NCBI GenBank assembly: GCA_964347045.1
Contig: CAYFXC010000021.1
Coordinates: 1 to 31,729, forward strand
DNA: 31,729 nucleotides
Direction of reading: 5' to 3'
Source: an uncultured archaeon
Lineage (GTDB): Archaea; Asgardarchaeota; Hermodarchaeia; Hermodarchaeales; Hermodarchaeaceae
Of the stretch, positions 1 through 8,414 are shown one piece after another; the stretch's first letter is position 1; every line of letters starts with the position of its first letter. The notes beneath the pieces were generated by a model that was not told where the DNA came from, ran no database searches, and saw only the letters and a list, made by a program, of their open reading frames with translations. Position numbers and translations under genes: made by a program.

Positions 1-2
1 AT

Positions 3-254
3 GTTGAATACAAAATCAACAGTTTAGCTGAATTGGAGAGCTTATTGAGCCATCTTGCTGAGACTACATCAAAAATGCAAGGGGTCACACTGAATGACAT
101 TTACTTCCCACGCGGGAAGGAAAAGTTTGTATTGGTCTTAGATTGTATCACAGAGGAACATTATCTGAATTGGCGTAAAGTGTGTCTGCCTCCACCAAAT
201 GCTAGGGATTGGTATGAAGTGTTCTTGACCAGGGAGGAACATTTCGGGAATTAG
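3..254 (+). CDS. Hypothetical protein, probably 5'-truncated by the window edge
   Basis: The frame is open from base 3 (VEYKINSLAELESLL...) to TAG at 252-254. No family motif recognised. Confidence 0.55.
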   Translation, partial: VEYKINSLAELESLLSHLAETTSKMQGVTLNDIYFPRGKEKFVLVLDCITEEHYLNWRKVCLPPPNARDWYEVFLTREEHFGN

Positions 255-464
255 TAAAAACGAAGTAGCTAATTTTAGGATATTAGAGTGCCCGAACATC
301 ATAAAGCATTAGCCATTTCGTATCACCTTTCCCCAGATATGAGCACTTGGACCCGTTTTATTAGTTTTTAAGGAAGGCTTTTCAATCCTACTTATTATCA
401 GAAATTAGCCCACATATGGAGAGTTATAAACCTGACTAAGAAGAAATTTCCAATTCCATATAAG

Positions 465-839
465 ATGGACCAAGTTTATTTCCAGTATGATATCAAAGAC
501 TTCTCACGGGCTAAAAAATTCTATGAGGATATATTAGGACTTGAGAAGACCTGGGACGGAGGAGAAGAGGCGGGTTGGGTCGAATTCGCGCTTCCAGTAA
601 GTGGAGCTCGTGTTGGACTTAACCTCAAGCGGGAGGGGGAGATTAGCAAGGGCTCTGGAACGTTAACACTAGTCGTCGAAGATCTTGATGTTACTCGAAG
701 TTACTTCCAGAAGCAAGGAATCAGTGCATCAGAAATCAGAGACGTTCCTGACATGGTGTCATACTTCAATATCGAGGATACCGAAGGCAACCCAATCCAA
801 GTGGTGTCTGATCCACGGATAACCAGTGGAGAGGAATGA
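465..839 (+). CDS. VOC (glyoxalase/bleomycin resistance) family protein
   Basis: KDFSRAKKFYEDILGL at the N-terminus, LVVEDLD centrally and FNIEDTEGNPIQV at the C-terminus are typical VOC patterns. 124 aa. Confidence 0.9.
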   Translation: MDQVYFQYDIKDFSRAKKFYEDILGLEKTWDGGEEAGWVEFALPVSGARVGLNLKREGEISKGSGTLTLVVEDLDVTRSYFQKQGISASEIRDVPDMVSYFNIEDTEGNPIQVVSDPRITSGEE

Positions 840-1286
840 AACACCGGAAGAAGATCAAGCTAGATACCAGAGCACAATATTACTCGGTATTGTATCAAAT
901 CTCGAAAAAAAGGACTAGCTTCTGGATTCTGAAGATTATAGGAAAGCATTGCCTTCTTCGTGTGGGAAGGCTTCAGAAAAATCTCGGCTCCTTAACTAAC
1001 TGTTGACCGCACTAGTTTTGTCTTACAAAAAAGTGTCATAATATCTTTATCCAGAGATGTAATGAATCGATTGGTTCTACTGATGGATACAGAACCAATT
1101 TCTTGGAAATAAAGTACTCCTCGAACTGTATTTTTTAATCTCTAAGAGAGTAAAACAAAGTAGGTTCGAAATTAGTTACTAAAGGTACACAATAAAAACA
1201 GCTTTAAACCATTTAGCCCTCTTCTCCTCGACAGCAAATAGGAACTAGTTTCGATTTTTTTTGAAATTTAGCTTCTGAGTTGTCAA

Positions 1287-1465
1287 GCTATTCCAATGAA
1301 CTACGTTCATCGGAGCAGTGCGGTTGCGTGACACAGCCTAACCTATAGCGAAACGTGACGCTAAATTCGTCTAGGGTTCGACGATTCACACGGAATCTGC
1401 CCAAGGAGAACTGTCACCGATGCTTGAACGGATGCCACACCAGCAAAAAAATCGAGGTAATCAAT
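1287..1465 (+). promoter_or_regulatory. Candidate structured 5' leader of the cold-shock gene
   Basis: Four successive hairpins: 1287-1319, GGTTG/CAGCC 1322-1338, TAGCG/CGCTA 1346-1363 and GATTC/GAATC 1383-1397. GC is higher than the upstream flank. Ends at RBS GAGGT 1454-1458. Confidence 0.45.
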
Positions 1466-1663
1466 ATGGAAAACGGAACTATCAAATGGTTTGATACAGA
1501 ACGGAACTACGGCTTCATCGAACGCGACAATGGCGACGTCGATGTCTTCGTCCATGGAGACGATGTCGAAGGCGACCAACAACTCAATACAGGTGACCAA
1601 GTCACCTTTGAACTCAAAGAAGGTAGCGGGCGTCCCAAAGCCACGAAGGTCTCCAAAAAATAA
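1466..1663 (+). CDS. csp: Cold-shock domain protein (CspA family), 65 aa
   Basis: GTIKWF, RNP1-like YGFIE and RNP2-like VFVH. ATG at 1466 follows GAGGT. The ORF-track start at 1355 is an unlikely extension. Confidence 0.95.
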   Translation: MENGTIKWFDTERNYGFIERDNGDVDVFVHGDDVEGDQQLNTGDQVTFELKEGSGRPKATKVSKK

Positions 1664-1740
1664 CCCTGCATCACTTTAAAGAACAGCTTAATTAGTTTTC
1701 AACTAATCCATGGGTACTACCATTCAATGGCTTGAAAACT

Positions 1741-2298
1741 TCAAATAATGTAAAGGTAGAGATGTGGATTTTTTTGCGTCTCTACCGGTGTCCATCCATC
1801 AAAGGGGAAACTGTATGAAACCACACGAGTCCCCCGTTTGAGATCACTGGATAGTTTTTTCTTTAGTCGTTTGTTGATCGCTTGCCCCTGATATACTGTC
1901 ACCACAGTCACATCTGGCAGAGTTTGGGCAAAGAAATTCCCCCAAATCACCGACACATTATCTTTAAGCCTGCGAAGTCGAATGACACTTCGTGACCACA
2001 ACACGCGAAGCGGATCCGCTTCAATACCCAACGCAGTCGCTCCGAACTCTTTTGCCGCCATGATAATGATGCGTCCATCTCCTGATCCCATATCTAAAAG
2101 GGTATCTTCATGAGTAACTTGTGCAAGTTCGAGCATTTTACGCGCTGTACTTTTCGATACCGGTACCCACGGTGCCCCAATCACTGAAGGCCAGATGGCT
2201 GATATGCTAAATAGAATGACACATACGAGAATGAGAATTAGGATATATCCAACGAGCAGCGTGTTATCTATCAACATTTCGCAGACGGGTTCAATCAT
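1741..2298 (-). CDS. Membrane-anchored class I SAM-dependent methyltransferase (FAM173-like)
   Basis: N-terminal TM helix, GAPWVP, LDMGSGDGR (motif I), GIEADP and GTRVVSYSF. Confidence 0.85.
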   Translation of the reverse strand: MIEPVCEMLIDNTLLVGYILILILVCVILFSISAIWPSVIGAPWVPVSKSTARKMLELAQVTHEDTLLDMGSGDGRIIIMAAKEFGATALGIEADPLRVLWSRSVIRLRRLKDNVSVIWGNFFAQTLPDVTVVTVYQGQAINKRLKKKLSSDLKRGTRVVSYSFPFDGWTPVETQKNPHLYLYII

Positions 2299-2400
2299 TT
2301 CATATAAAAAATGAAACGGTTAATGCAGTCACTAAAGGTCAACAGTGAAGAAGGGTTTCGGATGAGTTTTCGTCACTTAGCTAGAGGAGCAGATAAAGTC

Positions 2401-3243
2401 TCAGATTGATGGGTCTGTGTCCTTTTCTGTGTGTGCTGGTTGCGGCTTTGGTGGCTGGAACTGGTAATGTCGGGCAAAATAGACCAACAACACTGTTAAG
2501 GCAGTCAAGTAGGCTACCACTTCAATGAGTGACGGGTTGCCGTTATATCCTACCAACCCTTTCAAGACCATTCCAATGGGGCTGTTCTCTGGTAACAGGA
2601 AGTTGATGTCCCAGAGATGTTCAATGAGTATGGGAACTACTCCGGCCTCTTGTAATTCGTGAATACCATACGCTATCATCCCGGCAGCAAAAAAGATGAG
2701 AAAAATGCTGGTGATTCGAAAGAATGTTCGGAGGCTGAACCGTTTGGTGCCGGCAAAATAGATGTAGGCTATTCCAATTGCAACTGCAAAACCCAACAGG
2801 GCTCCAACCCAAATCTCACCTTCACTGATGGGAAGAACTGCTAGGAAAAGTACGGTTTCAACTCCCTCACGAAGTACAGCGACAAAAACAATAAAGAAAA
2901 TTCCCAGTGTCGCTGTCATAGTTGCAGCTGCTTTCTGTTCGAGTTCCTTGTGGAGGGTGGGTCCCTTTCGATCCATCCACACAATCATCGAAATAAGTAA
3001 GCCTGCCGCAATTAACGTGGTAATGCCTTCGAAGATTTGAGCGCTGGGTCCGCTAAATCCTCCAGCAATCCACTGAAACCCGAACGCAAAGGCAATGCTT
3101 ACGATAATTGCAGAAGCCACTCCGACAAACACTTGCCAATACCGTTGGGATCCTCCTGTCCGAGCAAGAAAAGCTAGCACTATGCCTACAATTAATGCTG
3201 CTTCAAGACCCTCTCGAAGGGCAATGACAAATCCGGCGATCAT
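2401..3243 (-). CDS. FTR1/EfeU family iron permease
   Basis: Two REGxE motifs (LREGLE, LREGVE), multiple TM helices and GIHELQEAG. GGAGG RBS upstream on the minus strand. Confidence 0.95.
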   Translation of the reverse strand: MIAGFVIALREGLEAALIVGIVLAFLARTGGSQRYWQVFVGVASAIIVSIAFAFGFQWIAGGFSGPSAQIFEGITTLIAAGLLISMIVWMDRKGPTLHKELEQKAAATMTATLGIFFIVFVAVLREGVETVLFLAVLPISEGEIWVGALLGFAVAIGIAYIYFAGTKRFSLRTFFRITSIFLIFFAAGMIAYGIHELQEAGVVPILIEHLWDINFLLPENSPIGMVLKGLVGYNGNPSLIEVVAYLTALTVLLVYFARHYQFQPPKPQPAHTEKDTDPSI

Positions 3244-3276
3244 TATTTTTCCTCCGTTTGTACCGATTTGCAGTTT

Positions 3277-3313
3277 TTAGGCAAACCTAATAAAAAACTT
3301 TAGGCATGATTAA
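3277..3313. promoter_or_regulatory. Tandem DtxR/SirR/MntR-type metal-repressor boxes
   Basis: Palindrome TTAGG-CAAA-CCTAA at 3277-3290 and degenerate copy TTAGG-CATG-ATTAA at 3300-3313, just upstream of FTR1. Confidence 0.7.
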
Positions 3314-3407
3314 ATTATAAATATTCTGAAATAACGAAACGATAACATATATCTAGCTTAATATCTTCATTTCGACCCACAAATTTCTTTACAAATCCTT
3401 TGCGCTC

Positions 3408-3998
3408 GTGATTATCGTGTTAGTATCACTTTTTTTCACTGTATTTTTTCTGATTCTTCTTGCAGAACTAGCTGATAAGACACAAATCGTCACCTTCGCC
3501 CTCGTCGCCGAAACAGGAAAGCCTGCCCAAGTGTACCTTGGAGTATTAGGGGGATTATTTACAGTAACTGTAATTGGTGTACTAGTTGGTTCCCTTATCG
3601 CCTTCTTTATCCCGCTTTCACTAATCCAAATCATCGCAGGAATCGTTTTCATAATTCTAGGCCTTTACACAATTTATAGAGCTAGACGAGCCCAGGAAGA
3701 CGAAGCGTCGACTACAACGCAAGGAAAACGCGTATGGGTGCGCGCTTTCATCCTACTTTTCCTCGCTGAGTTAGGTGACAAAACCCAGTTGGTCGTTATT
3801 CTGATTGCAGCTGCTACCGGACAACTTCTTCTCGTCTTCATCGCGGCGTTTCTTGCTTTAGCATTCGTAAATGGTTTAGGTGTAATTATTGGTGATCGCG
3901 CTCGGAAATACCTTGGCACAACAGCAATAGCTTATGTTGCTGCTGTTGCATTCATCATCGCAGGAGCATTAGTTCTCATCGGAATGCTCCTACCTTAA
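3408..3998 (+). CDS. TMEM165/GDT1 (UPF0016) family Mn2+/Ca2+ transporter
   Basis: Two copies of the family motif (ELADKTQ, ELGDKTQ), each in a hydrophobic half. Exact start uncertain. Confidence 0.92.
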   Translation: MIIVLVSLFFTVFFLILLAELADKTQIVTFALVAETGKPAQVYLGVLGGLFTVTVIGVLVGSLIAFFIPLSLIQIIAGIVFIILGLYTIYRARRAQEDEASTTTQGKRVWVRAFILLFLAELGDKTQLVVILIAAATGQLLLVFIAAFLALAFVNGLGVIIGDRARKYLGTTAIAYVAAVAFIIAGALVLIGMLLP

Positions 3999-4265
3999 TG
4001 CGCGAAACAAACTTGCGAATCAAAAAATATCTTGGCTTTTCTATAGAACAAGAATGCAGATAGCCAATTAGAATACGATCAAAAATTAGTATTTTTATAC
4101 AAGGTTCAAGGATACCTAGGGAACCACAAAGGGCTCCCTGGGCCTCTTGACGGAAGGAATGACACACTAAAAGTGTGAAATTCTCGCGCGTCATATTTCT
4201 CAAACACATTTAAATCTTATTTAATGATTTACTATAGAACTAAAATACATATAGTTGGGTTGATT

Positions 4266-5135
4266 ATGAGAAGCTTGGAATTGAAAAGAGCAATATTGCG
4301 TTTGTTTAGAGGACAAGAATTCTATGGGTATGAAATTAAGACTAAGCTTTCTTCGGAAGGGTATAATATTGAGCTTACACGACTTTACCGTGTTCTTAAT
4401 GAAATGCTCTCGGAAAAGTTGCTTAAGGCGCGATGGAAAAAAAGCTCAAAGGGTCCGAAACGAAGAATGTATAGTGTCGGAGAAAAGGGAGAAACCGAAT
4501 TAACTAAAATTCTAAAAGACGCTATTTATGTTGTTCATGAATTCTACTCTGAATATCTACGCAAGATTGCACCTCAGATTTTAAATGATTTTATTAAGTT
4601 TATGACTAATGGATTGAATGGCGAGGTTCGAATTGTTTATGTTGTTTCAGAACCAACTGTCATGCATAAACATTTACTCAAAAGCATTCAACACAGATTA
4701 CCAAAGGGCGAAATTTATTTCGTTAAACCTGAAACAATGTCATTTGATGAAGAGGTATCCAATCTATCACTTTTGAATGGCTCATTTCAGATGATTCCTC
4801 TGAAGCAAGATTTTGTCGACCTTTTGGTTGTTCCAAATTTATCAGGCATCCAAAACTTAGATGACGGCATACAAGAATGGCATAGGCTACTCAAAAATAA
4901 TGGAAAATTAGTGATCGGTCTTCCATCCGCGCTATTCCATCAATACAACGATCCTCTGACAATTGGTCAGTACATGGAAAAAATCGAACACCAAGGTAAC
5001 CACGCTAATTGGCAATTTGATAAAGAGCTTCTTGAGAAAAATCTGGCTCGTTACTTCGGTGAAATTGAACATGGACACTTTGTACATATGACTGTGTATA
5101 TAGTATCTAAAAAGCACGGTGATCTCGGGCTTTGA
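4266..5135 (+). CDS. PadR-family wHTH regulator fused to a degenerate class I methyltransferase-like domain
   Basis: N-terminal YGYEI...LYRVLNEM...W...GPKRRMYSV..KG is PadR-like. C-terminal GSFQMIPLKQDFVDLLV...EWHRLLKNNGKLVI resembles the second half of a Methyltransf_11 domain. No GxGxG motif I is visible. ATG 4266 is preferred over 4224. Confidence 0.8.
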   Translation: MRSLELKRAILRLFRGQEFYGYEIKTKLSSEGYNIELTRLYRVLNEMLSEKLLKARWKKSSKGPKRRMYSVGEKGETELTKILKDAIYVVHEFYSEYLRKIAPQILNDFIKFMTNGLNGEVRIVYVVSEPTVMHKHLLKSIQHRLPKGEIYFVKPETMSFDEEVSNLSLLNGSFQMIPLKQDFVDLLVVPNLSGIQNLDDGIQEWHRLLKNNGKLVIGLPSALFHQYNDPLTIGQYMEKIEHQGNHANWQFDKELLEKNLARYFGEIEHGHFVHMTVYIVSKKHGDLGL

Positions 5136-5169
5136 ATACTAGCAATTAGAAGTTGAGAATAGAGAAAGG

Positions 5170-6075
5170 ATGTTAAAACTACAAGCACAGGTAATAAGAG
5201 ATATACAGCGGAGGTTTCAACATTTGCTCTCCTTCCAAATATCTGATTTACCAAAACCTCAACTAGGAAAATCTGCGCCTATCCAAAAGGGACTGATTCC
5301 CCGCCTTCAAGGTAATTCGGATGATTTGTGTGGAGAAGGGTTGGGATTCGGTACACCCATTCTACAATATCGTCGCGATTTTTATTTCCCTGGTACTGGC
5401 ACCGTGACTCAAGAAGATGCTAACCAAGAAATCCTTTGGAGAAAGACTTTTAATTTCAATCTAATCGAGCGAAAACAGCGCGATCAATTAGGCACAATCG
5501 ACACTTTTTCGTGGGCACTTCCACGGTTGCACAATCAAATGTATAAAATGAAAACCGGAAGGTACTTCCTCAAACTTGTTGCCCTCCTGAACCGCTGGGG
5601 ATTCCAAAGATACGGAAGAGAATTTGCCCCTCAACTATTTCTACCTGTACAAAGCCGTGGAGAGAGCCACAGCCAATTCCGTGTCACGTCTGATGATCAA
5701 GTATTAGACACTAAATTAAGTTTCGATACTATAGTGCGAAATAATCTTCAGTTCATATACATAGCTAACGAACTCGGAGGACGTTATTTCACACATTATT
5801 ATGATGGATCTGGAATACATCTTGTCGAAAATCACATTGAGCCTTGGGCACGAATCGAAGGACCATGGGCGGCATTCTATGCACCCAGTTTAAATTTTGG
5901 ATTTCGATTAGAAATCCCTGAAGGAATTAAAGCGTTTCGAGGACGAGAAGTCTTTGAAGGGCACGAGATCTTCTGGGCTGGAATAATTCTACGGCTGCCC
6001 AAGTCAACAACCACGTGCAGTTACCGGGTACGATTTGGTTCTATTACTCAGATTATGGAGGGGCCGAGGCGTTGA
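5170..6075 (+). CDS. Hypothetical soluble protein, 301 aa
   Basis: Long ORF 34 bp after the PadR gene. Its stop overlaps the next start (TTGA at 6072-6075). No recognised family. Confidence 0.8.
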   Translation: MLKLQAQVIRDIQRRFQHLLSFQISDLPKPQLGKSAPIQKGLIPRLQGNSDDLCGEGLGFGTPILQYRRDFYFPGTGTVTQEDANQEILWRKTFNFNLIERKQRDQLGTIDTFSWALPRLHNQMYKMKTGRYFLKLVALLNRWGFQRYGREFAPQLFLPVQSRGESHSQFRVTSDDQVLDTKLSFDTIVRNNLQFIYIANELGGRYFTHYYDGSGIHLVENHIEPWARIEGPWAAFYAPSLNFGFRLEIPEGIKAFRGREVFEGHEIFWAGIILRLPKSTTTCSYRVRFGSITQIMEGPRR

Positions 6076-7424
6076 CCGATATTGTGCTCGTGTATCCGTA
6101 TTTTAACGAAGAATTAGATCGATCGATTTTCCGTTATCCCCCTTTAGGTCTCGGCTATTTAGCGGCAATTCTCCGTAATGCTGGTTTCACTGTGAATATA
6201 GTCGATTGCACATTCTTACAACTCAAAGAGGCTCTCCGGCGAATAGAACAGTTACACCCACGAATTCTGGGCATCTATTCAATGGTGACCATCAATCACC
6301 ATGCCATTGTAATCGCGCAACATTTCCGTCCAAAGGTCGAACTCTTGGTGGCTGGTGGACCATTACCCACTCTTGTTCCAGAAGAATTTCTGGATGTCTT
6401 TGATGTAGTTGTTTTGGGGGAAGGGGAGGAAACCCTTCTGGAATTAGTAAAAACCTATTTCCAAAATTCCTCGATGGCTCAAGTGGACGGAATTGCATTT
6501 AATGGAACCGGAGCCCAAGTCAAAATCAATAACCGACGCACATTTATCAAACCCCTCGATTCGCTTCCACTTCCTGCTCGTGATCTTTTTCCTAATGCAC
6601 AATACCAGTGGTACTGGCAAACTTTTCATAAATACACGGCCTCCAGTATGATTTCTACCCGTGGCTGTCCCTATCTATGTGATTTTTGCAGCAATCCCGT
6701 TTTTGGTCAAAGTTATCGAGAACGTTCCGCTAGAAACGTAGTCAAGGAAATGATGCAGATCCGCGATTTAGGTTACGATCGTGTCTTCTTTACTGACGAC
6801 TGTTTTACTCAAAATCCACGCCGGGTTGCAGAAATCTGTGAACTTTTACTTTACGAAAAGCAAGATGTTGAGTGGATGTGCCTCAGCCGGGCAGATCATT
6901 TATCAAAAAAACTTGCAAAGCTGATGCATAAGTCGGGTTGCCAACGCATCTTCTTTGGTATTGAATCCGGAAACCAACGCATTCTCAACATTATTGGTAA
7001 GCGAATTACACCCAATCAAGCGCGTCGCGCCGTGGAAAATGCCCAAGAAGCAGGGATTGAAACCGGTGGGTTCTTCATTTTAGGATATCCTGGAGAAACG
7101 AATGAAACCCTACTTGAAACAATAAATTTCTCTTCAAGGCTCCCCTTAGATTATCTTTCCTATTCTTTTCCCTACCCCATTTATGGCACTGGGTTGTATT
7201 CTCGTGTGCAAAATCAGATAACCAAACCTGATTGGCGCAAACAACGTGGATCTGCAACCCGCCATGACCTGCTCTTCACTGGACGGTTCTCCGAAAAAAA
7301 ACTCCGCCTTGCGATGTATACCGGTTTAGCGCAACATCGCCTTAGACAATACGGGGCCCTCGGAAGGGCATCTGCCAATGTGCTAGAAAAGTTCTCGAAA
7401 CGCGTTCTTACGCTGGTACGATAA
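6072..7424 (+). CDS. Cobalamin (B12)-binding radical SAM protein
   Basis: PPLGLGYLAA, VAGGPLPT and GEGE mark the B12-binding domain. RGCPYLCDFC is the CxxxCxxC motif, followed by FTDDCF, FGIESG and FILGYPGET. TTG start at 6072 with GGAGG at 6057-6061. Confidence 0.95.
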   Translation: MTDIVLVYPYFNEELDRSIFRYPPLGLGYLAAILRNAGFTVNIVDCTFLQLKEALRRIEQLHPRILGIYSMVTINHHAIVIAQHFRPKVELLVAGGPLPTLVPEEFLDVFDVVVLGEGEETLLELVKTYFQNSSMAQVDGIAFNGTGAQVKINNRRTFIKPLDSLPLPARDLFPNAQYQWYWQTFHKYTASSMISTRGCPYLCDFCSNPVFGQSYRERSARNVVKEMMQIRDLGYDRVFFTDDCFTQNPRRVAEICELLLYEKQDVEWMCLSRADHLSKKLAKLMHKSGCQRIFFGIESGNQRILNIIGKRITPNQARRAVENAQEAGIETGGFFILGYPGETNETLLETINFSSRLPLDYLSYSFPYPIYGTGLYSRVQNQITKPDWRKQRGSATRHDLLFTGRFSEKKLRLAMYTGLAQHRLRQYGALGRASANVLEKFSKRVLTLVR

Positions 7425-7476
7425 AGAAAGCATACCTTTAACCGGATAAACATCGCAAAGACTCCCTGTGATCTAA

Positions 7477-7911
7477 ATGGTTCTCTTTGGAACAACTTCT
7501 GAATTAATTTTTGATATTAACCTCATCATCCAAATCGTTCTCATTATTCTACTCATCATTGGTTACACTCAAAAACGAACTTGGAAGTACCATGGCACAA
7601 TTATGGGCGTAGGAACGCTCGCAATGTTGTTCACCGTAGAACTCATCATGGCTCCCTCCCTCGTAGCCAACTGGGCTGCAATCGCTCTCTTTCCAACCAG
7701 TCCCGGATCAATGTTTACAATGATCCATGTCCTATTTGGTACGATCGCATTGGTCATTGGCCTTATTTTTACAATCCGGTTCCTGTACTTCGCCCTACGC
7801 AAAAAACCCTTAACTTGTGGAACTCGAACACAGATGCGTATCCAATTCGCAATCTGGATTCTAGCCTTCATCTTCGGGCTTTCCTTCTACCTCTACTTCT
7901 ACGTAATTTAA
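7477..7911 (+). CDS. Four-TM membrane protein (DUF420-like)
   Basis: Four hydrophobic segments with two His in or next to helices (KYHGTIM, MIHVLFG). Confidence 0.7.
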   Translation: MVLFGTTSELIFDINLIIQIVLIILLIIGYTQKRTWKYHGTIMGVGTLAMLFTVELIMAPSLVANWAAIALFPTSPGSMFTMIHVLFGTIALVIGLIFTIRFLYFALRKKPLTCGTRTQMRIQFAIWILAFIFGLSFYLYFYVI

Positions 7912-8041
7912 CCGCATCTCATGAATTTCACGAGATTAACATCAAGGTGGCAAAATCGCCTTTGTGCCCTAATGGATAGTGGATAATGGATGCTGAAAGC
8001 GCCATAAAATCGCTATCCTGTGATTCCGCCACAAGAATGAG

Positions 8042-8266
8042 TTAATCCTCCTCCGGGTCTAAGATTTCGAACAGGCTGATCAGACAAGTAAAAATCGACC
8101 ACGTACTGGTAATGAGGTAAACACCGATAAGGGTGATTTTTTGCGGAGACGAGGTGCCCACAACCGGGATAGCGACCAGTGGAAAACGAAGATTCAGGCT
8201 TACCAGAACTATGTTCACAACAGCAAGGACTGCAAGACCAATCCGAGAAACTCCCCTCTTTAACAA
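8042..8266 (-). CDS. Small hypothetical two-TM protein
   Basis: 74-aa ORF with two hydrophobic segments and an acidic tail. It fills an otherwise empty gap. Confidence 0.4.
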   Translation of the reverse strand: MLKRGVSRIGLAVLAVVNIVLVSLNLRFPLVAIPVVGTSSPQKITLIGVYLITSTWSIFTCLISLFEILDPEED

Positions 8267-8414
8267 TCAGGATTAATAAGCTGCCGATTCTTATACGTTC
8301 TTTGGGTGCGAGGAAGGATCATTTCAATGATGATATTGTGATATTAGTTTATAGAATTCTAACATTTGACTGCTTTTTTTCCCTGAGCACTGAAACAGAA
8401 TTTGGAGGAATAGA

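Noticed and set aside
1355-1465. 37-codon N-terminal extension of the cold-shock ORF
   Set aside because: Csp proteins are about 65-70 aa, and an RBS precedes ATG 1466.
3314-3407. yybP-ykoY Mn riboswitch upstream of GDT1
   Set aside because: The region is short and AT-rich, with no recognisable conserved core.
4100-4200. Cobalamin riboswitch
   Set aside because: GGGAA is present, but the B12-box and GCCACTG-type core elements are not.
6015-6071. Upstream GTG start for the B12-radical SAM gene
   Set aside because: It would overlap the previous gene by 61 nt. TTG 6072 has an RBS and a normal 4-bp overlap.
7974-8018. Hairpin GGATAGTG/CGCTATCC, and similar hairpins at 1691-1707 and 17917-17940
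   Set aside because: They lie between convergent genes and are adequately explained as 3'-end structures or chance. No SECIS or riboswitch signature.
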